Below are positions 9,271-19,333 of a stretch of 64,000 nucleotides of DNA, one piece after another. Both the position numbers and the translations under genes were made by a program. This stretch comes from Methanotrichaceae archaeon (GTDB lineage: Archaea > Halobacteriota > Methanosarcinia > Methanotrichales > Methanotrichaceae). Below the pieces are notes generated by a model, which saw nothing but the letters and a program-made list of their open reading frames with translations, was not told the DNA's origin and made no database searches. Every line of letters begins with the position of its first letter. Position 1 is the stretch's first letter. The stretch covers positions 25,585-89,584 of the forward strand of contig CAVWIG010000023.1 in NCBI GenBank assembly GCA_963754945.1. Direction: 5' to 3'.

Positions 9271-11214
9271 ATGGGTTACACCTTGACCGAAAAGATCCTG
9301 AGAGCGCACCTCATCGATGGATCTTACAAGCCCGGAGAGGAGATCGGGATAAAAATAGATCAGACTCTCACCCAGGATGCCACAGGCACCATGGCCTATC
9401 TCCAGTTCGAGTCTATGGGCCTATCCAAGATCGCCACTGAGCTTTCGGTGAGCTACGTGGACCACAACACCATCCAGGTGGGCTTCGAGAACTCTGACGA
9501 TCACGCCTATCTTCAGTCTATCGCCGAGAAGTACGGGCTGTACTTCTCAAGACCAGGAAACGGCATATGCCACCAGGTCCACCTGGAAAGATTCGCTCGA
9601 CCTGGCAAAACGCTGCTGGGCTCGGACAGTCACACGCCAACCGCCGGTGGCGTTGGCTCCATCGCCATGGGCGCAGGCGGCCTGGATGTAGCCGTGGCTA
9701 TGGGAGGCGGCGCTTATTACATTACCTGCCCCAGGGTCATCAACGTTCACCTGACTGGCTCGCTTAGGCCTTGGGTCACAGCCAAGGACGTCGTTCTCAA
9801 GGTCCTGCAGATCCTCACCACCAAAGGAAACGTAGGCTACGCATGCGAGTACACCGGTGACGGAGTTGAGAGGCTGACCGTTCCGGAACGTGCCACGATA
9901 ACCAACATGGGTGCAGAGACAGGCGTAACCACGTCCATCTTCCCTAGCGACCTTCAGACCAAGCGATTCCTTGATGCCCAGGGCAGAGGAAACCAGTGGA
10001 TTCCTCTCGCACCAGACAAGGACGCAGTTTACGATAAGGTCATAGAGATCGACCTCTCACAGATCGAACCCCTGGCGGCTGCTCCCCACAGTCCCGGAAA
10101 CGTCCTGCCTGTTACCGAGCTGAACCTTCCCGTGGACCAGGTGATGATAGGATCGTGCACCAACTCATCTTACGTCGACCTAATGACAGTGGCTGAAATG
10201 GTCAAGGGCCAGAGGCTTCCAAAGGGTATTAGCCTGGGCATAGCTCCAGGCTCCAGACAAGTGCTAAACACTATCGCCAAGAACGGAGCTTTGAGCGACC
10301 TGATCTCCTTTGGTGCCAGGATCCTTGAGTCTGCATGCGGCTTTTGTATCGGCAACAGCCTTTCGCCACGCACAGACTCTGTCTCGGTGCGCACCAGCAA
10401 CCGGAACTTCCTGGGCAGATCGGGAACCTCTGGCGCCAACGTCTACCTGACGAGCCCGGTGGTGGCAGCCGCTGCGGCGCTCACGGGCATTCTGGCCGAC
10501 CCCAGAACGCTTAAGATCAGCTATCCGATGATCGAGATGCCTGAACATTTCGAGATAGACGACAGCATGATCATCCCACCCTTGCCAGGGAGCGCCCGCA
10601 CCGAGGTGACAGTTCTCCGCGGTCCGAACATCGGTGAGCCTCCGGTAAATACTCCCATGCCTGAGGACATCCGGGGCGTAGCCACAATAAAGGTGGAAGA
10701 CTACGTTACCACCGACCACATCATGCCCGCTGGCTCTCGCCTTAAGTACAGATCGAACGTGCCGAAGTACTCTGAGTTCGTCTTTGAGCCTCTGGACAAG
10801 GAGTTCAGCACCAGGGCCGCATCACTTCGGGACAATGGTGTTCATAACCTGATAGTCGCAGGCGTCAGCTACGGTCAGGGGTCTTCCAGGGAGCACGCAG
10901 CCCTCTGTCCCATGTACCTTGGGGTTAAGGCTGTGCTGGCCAAGTCCATCGAGAGGATACACGCTTCAAACCTGGTCAACTTCGGGATAGTCCCCCTCGC
11001 CTTCGTTGAGGATTCTGACTACGATTCTCTTGAGAAAGGGGCAGAGATCGTCATCCCCGGAATTCACAAAGCCCTAGAAACAGGTGCGGAATTTATAAAG
11101 GCCATCTCAGACAAAAAGGAGATCAAACTTAAGATGAACCTCAGCAAGAGGCAGAGGAAGATACTTCTGGCTGGCGGCCTTCTGCCCTACACCGTTTTGG
11201 GAAATAAAAGATGA
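9271..11214 (+). CDS. acnA: Aconitate hydratase
   Basis: DHN, GSDSHT, IGSCTN, CGFCIG, TSNRNF, TTDHI, GSSREHA motifs; fused large and swivel domains. Confidence 0.92.
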   Translation: MGYTLTEKILRAHLIDGSYKPGEEIGIKIDQTLTQDATGTMAYLQFESMGLSKIATELSVSYVDHNTIQVGFENSDDHAYLQSIAEKYGLYFSRPGNGICHQVHLERFARPGKTLLGSDSHTPTAGGVGSIAMGAGGLDVAVAMGGGAYYITCPRVINVHLTGSLRPWVTAKDVVLKVLQILTTKGNVGYACEYTGDGVERLTVPERATITNMGAETGVTTSIFPSDLQTKRFLDAQGRGNQWIPLAPDKDAVYDKVIEIDLSQIEPLAAAPHSPGNVLPVTELNLPVDQVMIGSCTNSSYVDLMTVAEMVKGQRLPKGISLGIAPGSRQVLNTIAKNGALSDLISFGARILESACGFCIGNSLSPRTDSVSVRTSNRNFLGRSGTSGANVYLTSPVVAAAAALTGILADPRTLKISYPMIEMPEHFEIDDSMIIPPLPGSARTEVTVLRGPNIGEPPVNTPMPEDIRGVATIKVEDYVTTDHIMPAGSRLKYRSNVPKYSEFVFEPLDKEFSTRAASLRDNGVHNLIVAGVSYGQGSSREHAALCPMYLGVKAVLAKSIERIHASNLVNFGIVPLAFVEDSDYDSLEKGAEIVIPGIHKALETGAEFIKAISDKKEIKLKMNLSKRQRKILLAGGLLPYTVLGNKR

Positions 11215-11243
11215 GATCAATTCTGCTGATCTCATCGTATTTT
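11210..11243 (+). terminator. Hairpin overlapping the aconitase stop codon
   Basis: GATGAGATCA(11210-11219)/TGATCTCATC(11227-11236) followed by a T-rich tract; lies between convergent genes. Confidence 0.6.
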
Positions 11244-11261
11244 ATCCGACGCTAGGGTTGA

Positions 11262-11783
11262 TCAATAGCTGAAGAGCGTCTTTATTCCCTGGGATATGAC
11301 CTGTCCAGATGAGGAACTGTCGATTGCGGAGGATGTAGCGTTCTTCGTCAGGGAGAAACTGGATTCTTGAACACTCGGGGTGTAGATCTGGGTGTACTTC
11401 CAGCTCTGGTCTATGTTGAAATTCGTGAGCGTGTTTCTCTTCAGAAGCATGCTGTTCCATTGATCTGGGCTGTATTTGCTTGCTGTTGGGACACCAGTCG
11501 TGAGTGACGAACTCTTTAGCTGTACAGGCTCGTTGAAGTTCAGAGGGAATGTGTTGAACCAGATGTTCATGCTGGTTGCAGGATTGTACGTCGGCCCTGT
11601 CAAATTCGGGGCATTGTGAATGTAGGAGTCCCAGTACTTCTCCACGAAAGGTTCGAAAGGTGTTGTGCTTGGTCCGTTGAAGAAGGCAAGCTGAGAGGCG
11701 CCGTACCCTTCTCCAGTGAACATTGCCTGTGCTGAAGCTCCGCCGATTAGGCAGATCAGCGATAGTAGAACTATGCATCTCAT
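11262..11783 (-). CDS. Secreted hypothetical protein
   Basis: Signal peptide (MRCIVLLSLICLIGGASA) and a Ser/Thr/Asn-rich body. Confidence 0.7.
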   Translation of the reverse strand: MRCIVLLSLICLIGGASAQAMFTGEGYGASQLAFFNGPSTTPFEPFVEKYWDSYIHNAPNLTGPTYNPATSMNIWFNTFPLNFNEPVQLKSSSLTTGVPTASKYSPDQWNSMLLKRNTLTNFNIDQSWKYTQIYTPSVQESSFSLTKNATSSAIDSSSSGQVISQGIKTLFSY

Positions 11784-11871
11784 TTTAATACATCTCTTTT
11801 TATATTTTATGTTGTCTTCTTATGCTCATCGGTCCCAACCTATTTATCTCTTATTGGTCGAGAAAAGATCC

Positions 11872-13296
11872 ATGCCGGATTGTTTCGAGATTCTGCACAA
11901 GGATTTGGCAGGTAGAATCGGCAAGCTTTCCACACCCCACGGTACAGTGGAGACTCCAGCCCTCATGCCCGTGGTCAACCCCCACCTTCAGCTCATACCA
12001 GCCCCCGAACTCGGCAAAATGGGGGCCACAATGCTGATCACCAATAGCTACATCATCCGACAGGACGAGGCATTGCGAGTCCAGGCTCTTGAAAAGGGCC
12101 TTCACAGCCTTCTGGGCTTCCACGGTCCGATCATGACAGACTCAGGTGCCTTTCAGCTTTCCGTCTACGGCGACATAGATGTCCTGCCCCAGGAGATCCT
12201 CGAATTCCAGTTTGCTATTCAATCCGACGTCTGCGTTCCCCTGGACATTCCCACACCTCCTGACGTGACCAGAGAACGAGCCGCATCGGAGCTGAAAGAG
12301 ACTGAGAGAAGGCTGGAAGAAGCGCTGAAAAACAAAGGCGCTTCCCTTCTAGCAGGGCCCATCCAGGGGTCGACCTATCCGGATTTGAGAGAGGCAGCGG
12401 CCCGCTTTTTGAGGGACAAGGGCTTTGACGTCTATCCTGTTGGGGGAGTCGTACCTCTAATGGAGACCTACAGGTTCAGCGACCTGGTGGAAGTCGTGAC
12501 TGCAGCAAAAAAAGGTCTCGGCCCTGGAGCACCGGTCCACCTGTTTGGAGCGGGCCATCCTATGGTCTTCGCCCTCGCCACAGCCATGGGATGCGACCTC
12601 TTCGACTCTGCGGCATACGCCCTTTTTGCCAGGGAGGGAAGATACCTGACGTCACGGGGGACTTGGAGGCTTGAGGAGATGAGGTACTTACCCTGTTCCT
12701 GCCCTGTATGCCAGGGCCACAATCCAGAGGAGCTGATGAAGAGCCCGGAAAGGATTAAGCTGCTGGCAAGGCACAATCTCTACATCTCATTGCAAGAGAT
12801 CAACCTGGTCAAGCAGTGCATCCGTGAGGGGTCTCTTTGGGAACTGCTGGAAACTAGGTGCCGATCTCACCCGCGTATGCTCGACGGTTTTAGAAAACTT
12901 GGCGAAAAGGGCGAATGGCTGGAGAGCCTGGACACCTCGTCTAAATCCACTCTTTTCTATCTCAGTTCGGAATCGGCATCGCGGCCCGAGGTAGTCCGAT
13001 ACGGGTCCAGGATAGAAAGGCTAACACTATCCGGAAATGTCCTGATCACGGACGATACGAAGACCAAAGCGGATGGGTTTGACACCGTCCTTCATTTCAA
13101 GCCACCCTTCGGTCCTTACCCGGCCGAGTTAGCGGAGACTTATCCATTTAACGCCGAAGTCCCAGTCAAGGCTGATCCGTCGTCCATGGAGAGAGCGTTA
13201 TTGAACACTAAAAGATTGATAAAAGCCAATCCCAGTGCCAGGTTCAGCCTCCAGATCAAGGGCTTGACCCGGGAGGAGAATGACGAAATACTTTGA
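11872..13296 (+). CDS. tgtA: tRNA-guanine(15) transglycosylase (archaeosine TGT)
   Basis: ETPALMPV, TDSG.FQ, HLFGAGHP, FDSAAY, PCSCPVC...HN; start moved to ATG 11872. Confidence 0.95.
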   Translation: MPDCFEILHKDLAGRIGKLSTPHGTVETPALMPVVNPHLQLIPAPELGKMGATMLITNSYIIRQDEALRVQALEKGLHSLLGFHGPIMTDSGAFQLSVYGDIDVLPQEILEFQFAIQSDVCVPLDIPTPPDVTRERAASELKETERRLEEALKNKGASLLAGPIQGSTYPDLREAAARFLRDKGFDVYPVGGVVPLMETYRFSDLVEVVTAAKKGLGPGAPVHLFGAGHPMVFALATAMGCDLFDSAAYALFAREGRYLTSRGTWRLEEMRYLPCSCPVCQGHNPEELMKSPERIKLLARHNLYISLQEINLVKQCIREGSLWELLETRCRSHPRMLDGFRKLGEKGEWLESLDTSSKSTLFYLSSESASRPEVVRYGSRIERLTLSGNVLITDDTKTKADGFDTVLHFKPPFGPYPAELAETYPFNAEVPVKADPSSMERALLNTKRLIKANPSARFSLQIKGLTREENDEIL

Positions 13297-15022
13297 GGTG
13301 ATCAGACGCGACGGACCCGCACGGCTGGGAAAGCTCTCCTTAGAGCGGACCATCCAGACTCCGGCCATCATATCCAGGGATGATTATCTCTGTAGAGGCA
13401 GCGTGTTTGGCTTTGGATCAACAGAAGAAGCCATGAAATCTACTCCATCCTCGAACGGAGATAAGAAGCTGGTAATACTTCCGTACGTCCCCTCAGCACT
13501 TCACGTTGAGCCGCTTCTCGAGCTTCCCGACCGGGAGCTGGACGGACCCAAGGGCATAGTTGTTCACCCCCTTTTCGGCAGCAAGCCGGACAATGCCGAT
13601 GTTTATGTGATGAGCTCGGCCGGCACTCTCAAGAACCCAAGAGATCTGATCGGTGCAGTTGTCTGCGTTCGAAACAGGATACCCGCAGACACCGCCCTCT
13701 ACGTTCCAGCTCTGGCAACCCCCGCAAACCTGGCATTTTTAGTCTATCTGGGGATAGACCTCATTGACACAACCCGAGTCGTTGCCGATGCCTACTTTGG
13801 GAGATACCACACCCGAGACGGAGTTCGGTCATTGGCCGACTTCGACGAGCTGCCCTGCAAGTGTCAGTTCTGTCAGAGGCTGGTCGAAGAAAGCGAGGAT
13901 GCAGAGATACTGGCAGGCCACAACGTCTTGAAGCTGGAAGAAGAGCTGGCAGTAGCCAGGGAGATGGTGAGGAGAGAGACCATTCGGGAGTACGTGGAAC
14001 GCCAGGTGAGGGTCACCCCTGAGCTGACGGCAGCGCTCAGATTAATCGACCAAGAGCACGCATACATCGAAAGCAGGACGCCTCAACACAGGCGCAGCAC
14101 TCTGTACGCCAATACCGCAGAGTCGCTGAACAGAGCCGAAGTCACACGATTCGCCGAGCGGGTACTGTGTAGATACACCGCACCCAAAAGCGATGTTCTG
14201 CTGCTTCTGCCCTGCTCTGCCAGGAAGCCCTACTCTACCTCGAGATCTCACAGGTTCTTCGCTTTGGCCACAGGCTTCAGCCGCAGGTACCTGAACGAGC
14301 TCATCCTCACCTCGCCCCTGGCCCTGGTGCCTAGAGAGCTGGAGGAGGTTTATCCCGCTGCCAGTTACGACGTGCCTGTCACAGGACACTGGGATCTGGA
14401 AGAGAAGGCGTGGTTGCTGCGCTGTCTGGACGGTTACCTGGAGAAGAACAGATACGCTAGAATTGTTGCACACCTGGATGGAGAGCTGGAACAAACTGTG
14501 AAAGACCATGGAATAGATGCAGTCTACACTGGCGGCGGAACCAGCGATTCTGCCCTGGCCATGCTATCCGATGCCGTTGGCGAGGCCTGCCAGGGAGCTG
14601 TGCGCCTAAGAGACATGCGCCTAGGACGCTACAGGGCTGTGGCGGATTACTATTTTGGATCTGGAGCAGGCGATGCTTTGCTGGCAGGAAAAGTGAAAGT
14701 GAAGGGCCGGGAGATCCAGAATGAAAAAGGAAAGACTCTCGTCATGATCACCCCCAACGGCACGATCGCCATGTCCCCAGAGGGAGCCAGGAGGTTGGAG
14801 CCCCTGGGCAAGTACATAGTGACCATAGGCGATTTCCTGCCCAAAGGATCGCTGCTCGCTCCGGGCGTCATTGAAGCAGACGAACAGATCCGGCCTGGAG
14901 ACGAAGTGATAATCCGTGGGGAGAAGGCCTTCGGTGTAGGGCGAGCCAAGATGTCCGGCTGGGAGATGGTGGAGTCAAAGAGGGGCGTGGCTGTGGAGCT
15001 GAAGCAAATCGAGAAGATATGA
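13280..15022 (+). CDS. arcS: Archaeosine synthase subunit alpha
   Basis: TGT-like N-terminus, LLPCSARKPYSTSRSH motif, C-terminal PUA domain; overlaps tgtA. Confidence 0.92.
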   Translation: MTKYFEVIRRDGPARLGKLSLERTIQTPAIISRDDYLCRGSVFGFGSTEEAMKSTPSSNGDKKLVILPYVPSALHVEPLLELPDRELDGPKGIVVHPLFGSKPDNADVYVMSSAGTLKNPRDLIGAVVCVRNRIPADTALYVPALATPANLAFLVYLGIDLIDTTRVVADAYFGRYHTRDGVRSLADFDELPCKCQFCQRLVEESEDAEILAGHNVLKLEEELAVAREMVRRETIREYVERQVRVTPELTAALRLIDQEHAYIESRTPQHRRSTLYANTAESLNRAEVTRFAERVLCRYTAPKSDVLLLLPCSARKPYSTSRSHRFFALATGFSRRYLNELILTSPLALVPRELEEVYPAASYDVPVTGHWDLEEKAWLLRCLDGYLEKNRYARIVAHLDGELEQTVKDHGIDAVYTGGGTSDSALAMLSDAVGEACQGAVRLRDMRLGRYRAVADYYFGSGAGDALLAGKVKVKGREIQNEKGKTLVMITPNGTIAMSPEGARRLEPLGKYIVTIGDFLPKGSLLAPGVIEADEQIRPGDEVIIRGEKAFGVGRAKMSGWEMVESKRGVAVELKQIEKI

Positions 15023-15096
15023 GTATATGAAAAATATGAAAATGCGTGCCGGCTTTCAGGATGCTTCAGAATAGCACTGATTTGATTGAATCATCA

Positions 15097-16302
15097 TCAC
15101 TTTAGCTCGACATCATATTCGGCATCCTTCAGCGCATTTGCAATCTTGGCTATGTGATCGATGCCCCGCGTCGCTAGCTCTAGTTCAACCCGCATTTGGA
15201 AGATGGGCAGGTCCCTTTCGTTGCGAGCATGATAGATGTGGATAATGTTCGCCTGCGTCCTGGCCACCAGGTCCAGAAGCCCAGCCAGCGACCCCGGCTT
15301 GTCCGCAAGGGTCACAGAAAGCCGCATTATTCGTCCGTGCCTCAGCAAGCCCTGCCTTATTATCCTGTCAAGCAGAGGACTGTCTACGTTTCCTCCGCTG
15401 ATCACCAAGACCACTTTGCTTCCTTTGGGGAGGACAACAGATGAACCCAAGAGAGCTGCCAAGGGAGCTGCTCCTGCTCCTTCAGCCAGGACTTTCTTGC
15501 GTTCAAGGAGGAGCAAGATAGCGGCTGCAATCTGCTCCTCGCTTACAAGGACGATCTCATCAACTTTTTCTTTGAGGATCGGGAAGTCTGCATCACCCAC
15601 CTGAGTAACCATGATGGCATCTGCGATGGAGCTCTTCTCCTCGACGACTGATGGCTTGCCTTCTCTGAGGGCCACGTAGGCTGAGGGACACGCTTCGGCC
15701 TGAACCCCGATGATCCTGATCCCAGGCCGGAGGGCCTTGGCGACGACGGCAACTCCGCCGATGAGACCACCGCCTCCAACCGGTACTATGATGGCGTCTA
15801 CGTCCGGCAGATCTTTGAGGATCTCCAGGCCGACCGTCCCCTGGCCGGTTATGAGGTCAGGATCGTCGTAGGGATGGATGAACGTCTTTCCAGAGGAGGC
15901 CGCCATCTCCTGCGCAATTTGAAGGCTCTCCATGAGGGTCTGGCCTTTCAGAACGACCTCTGCTCCGTACTCCCTGGTAGCCTCTTGCTTTGTTATAGAT
16001 GTCCAAACCGGCATGACTATGGTGGCCGGTATCCCCTCTGCTCTGGCTGCCATGGCCACCCCCTGAGCGTGGTTGCCTATGGAGGCTGCCACGATGCCAG
16101 GGCCGAGCTGGTTGCGTTTGGTCAGGATTTTGTAGGTGGCCCCCCGGATCTTGAAGGAACCTCCCTTCTGGAGGTTTTCCAACTTAAGATACACTTCAGC
16201 TCCAGTCATCTTGCTGAATGTGGGAGAGTAGATGAGCGGAGTACGCAGTACGCGGCCTTTGATCAATCCCGCTGCCTTTTGGATTCCGTCCAGAGAGACC
16301 AT
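15097..16302 (-). CDS. ilvA: Threonine ammonia-lyase with C-terminal ACT domain
   Basis: KLENLQKGGSFKIRGA PLP motif, GNHAQG, PVGGGGL, DKPGSL ACT motif. Confidence 0.93.
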   Translation of the reverse strand: MVSLDGIQKAAGLIKGRVLRTPLIYSPTFSKMTGAEVYLKLENLQKGGSFKIRGATYKILTKRNQLGPGIVAASIGNHAQGVAMAARAEGIPATIVMPVWTSITKQEATREYGAEVVLKGQTLMESLQIAQEMAASSGKTFIHPYDDPDLITGQGTVGLEILKDLPDVDAIIVPVGGGGLIGGVAVVAKALRPGIRIIGVQAEACPSAYVALREGKPSVVEEKSSIADAIMVTQVGDADFPILKEKVDEIVLVSEEQIAAAILLLLERKKVLAEGAGAAPLAALLGSSVVLPKGSKVVLVISGGNVDSPLLDRIIRQGLLRHGRIMRLSVTLADKPGSLAGLLDLVARTQANIIHIYHARNERDLPIFQMRVELELATRGIDHIAKIANALKDAEYDVELK

Positions 16303-16488
16303 TGGCAGAAATACGCACTGTCAGAATTTAGCCTTTCTTGTTACAGTTTACCGGCATACGGGCTTGAGTAGGGAGGCTATGGCAATTGTATAAAATGCCG
16401 ACTCACTGATAACGCACTGATATTTCTGTCTTTATACGGACATAATTTGTGTAAACAAATTGGTGTAGAGCAAATTAGCATAGAACAA

Positions 16489-16800
16489 TTAGTGTAGAAC
16501 ATTCGAAGCCAATGCATACGGCGCTATATCTGCCACGGTTAAAGCAATTATCGCCGCTATCCAGTACATTGGTTTATGAGACCACCACACCCTCCTATTC
16601 CTGGCATAGATGTAAAGCACAAAGGGGAGAATTGGCGCGATGGAAACGATGGCCTCTGGCTCTACCTTCAGGACATAAGTGAAAATGTACCCCTGGAAGA
16701 GGAGGCAAATGACTGTAGCCAGGCCAACCATTGACTGGTTGCTCAATTGCATAACGCTTGCTTGGTTTCCTTGGTTAATAAGCCTTTCATGATTGGCCAT
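16489..16800 (-). CDS. Small membrane protein (about 3 TM helices)
   Basis: Three hydrophobic segments. Confidence 0.55.
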   Translation of the reverse strand: MANHERLINQGNQASVMQLSNQSMVGLATVICLLFQGYIFTYVLKVEPEAIVSIAPILPFVLYIYARNRRVWWSHKPMYWIAAIIALTVADIAPYALASNVLH

Positions 16801-17110
16801 GATTTCGCGAACCCGGAAAGACGACTATTTTGTCCCGTGGAGCCTCCAACTGCGCACAGTCAAAGCGTTCCTCCAGAAATTTTTGATTCTTGGACGTCTC
16901 AAAAGATTTTCTGCTCGAACTGTCCAGGTCGTGTTCATATTTACGATTTTTAAAGCATGTGGACCAAAAAGGCCGAAATTAAGACTGATTCTATCTTTGA
17001 AGCTTTCAATTAACCTGAAAAGCGCACGAAACCGATCTACATTTCGGTATGAGAAGGGACTTTCTTAACATTGGACTATCTTTATATATCATTAGAGACC
17101 CTAGTTATAA

Positions 17111-17506
17111 GTGGAGGGGTTAAGCATTAGCTCTCTTAAACTAAGTATGGTACTTCTTGCCCTCTTAGCGCTTTGCACTTCGTGGGCTGCTGGTCAAGGT
17201 TACAGTCAGAATTACGGTCAAGGTTATGGACAGAGTTATGGATTTTCATATCCATCACAGTATTCATACTCATATCCTTATCCGTGTCAATGCTACAGCT
17301 ATCCCTGTACTTGCCCGTATCAATATTACCCAAATCAATATTGCCAAAGCTGCACGTCATATCAGACACCTTGCTACTACCCGTGTAACTACCCTTGCTA
17401 CTATCCGTACTCCTGCCAGAACTGGCCTTGCACGGACTGTGATTCATGCCGGGATTGCGGCTATCCAGGCCACGGCCTAAACCCAGTTCCACCAGTTCCT
17501 TACTGA
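17111..17506 (+). CDS. Secreted Cys/Tyr/Pro-rich small protein
   Basis: Upstream TTTATATA box, signal peptide, GQGY repeats, YPC repeats; a diverged copy of its 3' end is at 18987-19130. Confidence 0.7.
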   Translation: MEGLSISSLKLSMVLLALLALCTSWAAGQGYSQNYGQGYGQSYGFSYPSQYSYSYPYPCQCYSYPCTCPYQYYPNQYCQSCTSYQTPCYYPCNYPCYYPYSCQNWPCTDCDSCRDCGYPGHGLNPVPPVPY

Positions 17507-17594
17507 GGATGCCTTAAGCACAGCCAAGTGACGTTGGGCAGTTTGCTTGATCAATAGGTAGAAGATAGCCGAACTTAGGAGTTCGGCTGCTGAT

Positions 17595-18590
17595 TCATAA
17601 TTTTCTTCTATTGAGAATACAAGAGACGCCAAAGAGACCTGCTAATGCAAAGGTCAGCTCGAATCCCGGCTGCTTTTTCGCTGGCGTCTGGTTCTCTTTT
17701 CCGGAGGTTTGGTTGTTCTGAATTGCTACAGAAGTTGCTGAATATTCTACAGGTATGAATCCATTCTCCTCAGCGATCTTCTGGCCCTGAGGGCTTTTTA
17801 GGAAGTCGATGTAAGCCTTAGCACCCGGATTTGGAGTGCCGAATGTGACCAAATAGAGCTTTCTGGCTAGAGAATAAGACCCATCCTTTATCGTCTCTAC
17901 GGTCATTTGCTTTCCATCCAGAGCGACGGCATCGAGATCTTTTCCCTGGATATAGCTGAAGCCCAGATAGCCAATCGCCTTATTGCTGCCGGTTACCGCT
18001 GTATTAACTTCTGCACTGCTCATAGCTATGGTCTTAACACCAGGAGTTTCAGCTTTGCTGTTTCCCATGATGACTTCATTAAAAGTGTCCCGTGTGCCGG
18101 AACCCTGTTCTCTGGCAATGACGTAGATATCACTGTCCGGCACACCCAATTGGCTCCACTTTGTTATTTCTCCAGCGTAGATCTTCTTGACCTGATCACG
18201 GGTCAAATTCTTGACACCCTCGTCATAGATCGCCTTGCTCACCGCAACTCCTATCCCATCGTAGGCTATGAGAAACACCTGGAACCGGTCGTTATACTTT
18301 TGCTTTTCATCGGTGGTTATCTCTCTGGAGACCATAGCCACTTCCGAACGACCTTCCGCTATGTTCGTGAATCCTACGCCAGTGCCGCCTCCTGTGACCG
18401 AAATGTGGAATTCATTCTGCTGAAGATTAAACGCCTCAGCTGCCATTTCTCCAAGAGGCAGAACTGTAGTCGATCCAGAAACAGATACTTCTGTAGTGGT
18501 TCCCAAAGAAACGCCAGTCGATCCAAGAAATAGAGATACAACCAATAGTATTAGAAGCCTGTTTATATTATCACCATTTTCAGGGTACAA
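17595..18590 (-). CDS. pstS: Phosphate ABC transporter substrate-binding protein with PGF-CTERM anchor
   Basis: SGSTTV, GGGTGVG, REQGSGTRD, C-terminal QPGF-TM-RRK. Confidence 0.9.
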   Translation of the reverse strand: MYPENGDNINRLLILLVVSLFLGSTGVSLGTTTEVSVSGSTTVLPLGEMAAEAFNLQQNEFHISVTGGGTGVGFTNIAEGRSEVAMVSREITTDEKQKYNDRFQVFLIAYDGIGVAVSKAIYDEGVKNLTRDQVKKIYAGEITKWSQLGVPDSDIYVIAREQGSGTRDTFNEVIMGNSKAETPGVKTIAMSSAEVNTAVTGSNKAIGYLGFSYIQGKDLDAVALDGKQMTVETIKDGSYSLARKLYLVTFGTPNPGAKAYIDFLKSPQGQKIAEENGFIPVEYSATSVAIQNNQTSGKENQTPAKKQPGFELTFALAGLFGVSCILNRRKL

Positions 18591-18769
18591 GAGAAATATC
18601 TAAACTTATCGCCATAGAGAAAATAGATCTAAATATTTTATATACCGATAAGCTATTTCGAGCAGAAATTTCGCTGATGTTATAAGCCAAGTTACGGTGC
18701 TACGCGCCTAGCTCTCTTAACCTTCGAAGTGAGCATTAAATCACAAACCACCATATAGCGTTGTTCTCT

Positions 18770-18986
18770 AGGATCTCGACATGTCCATAGAGCATAGTCG
18801 AGGTTGTTGGTATGCCAAGCATGGGAGCAGTGCAGACGATGTGGCACCATTCGCTCGTAGTGAGTTTTCCAGGACATATCTTCTGCCTCACAGAATCAAC
18901 TAGAATCTCTGCAGCGGTCCCTGGCATGGAGCCCAGGCCGCTCTTCTTAAGCTCAATCAATGCATTCTCCACTGGGACTCTAGAGT
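18770..18986 (-). pseudogene. Internal cofH fragment (diverged duplicate of 24037-24253)
   Basis: Translation LKKSGLGSMPGTAAEILVDSVRQKICPGKLTTSEWCHIV is identical to the intact cofH; many synonymous DNA changes. Confidence 0.9.
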
Positions 18987-19130
18987 ACCTTGCTACAACC
19001 CGTGTTACTACCCTCGCTACTATCCGTACTCCTGCCAGAACTGGCCTTGCATGAACTGTGATTCATGTCGAGATTGCGGCTATCCAAGCCGCGGCCTAAA
19101 CCCGGTTCCACCAATTCCGTACTAGGATGC
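18987..19130 (+). repeat. Diverged direct repeat of the 3' end of the Cys/Tyr-rich gene (17368-17512)
   Basis: Shared CTACTATCCGTACTCCTGCCAGAACTGGCCTTGCA...GATTGCGGCTATCCA...GGCCTAAACCC...GGATGC. Confidence 0.9.
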
Positions 19131-19134
19131 ATCT

Positions 19135-19283
19135 CCGAGGCGGCCTAAGCTTGGCCAGAACAGTCCCGCCTACTTGTAGTCCTGCCCGGCCAGGAGTAGC
19201 AGGATGCACTTCCCACGGTCGTCCTTGGTTGCTTTCAGCAATCTGGCGAACTCTTCTGGCTTCAGGAACTTCTCGGCTTCCAT
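19135..19283 (-). pseudogene. Relic of a tyrosine recombinase/integrase N-terminal catalytic region
   Basis: MEAEKFLKPEEFARLLKATKDDRGKCILLLLAG, then after a frameshift GLQVGG, resembling the 'L..EE..RLL...RD..IL.LL..TGLRVGE' box I pattern. Confidence 0.6.
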
Positions 19284-19333
19284 GCACAAGAGGATTAAGT
19301 TCAAGCCATATCAGTTCGACTCTTCAATGGATA

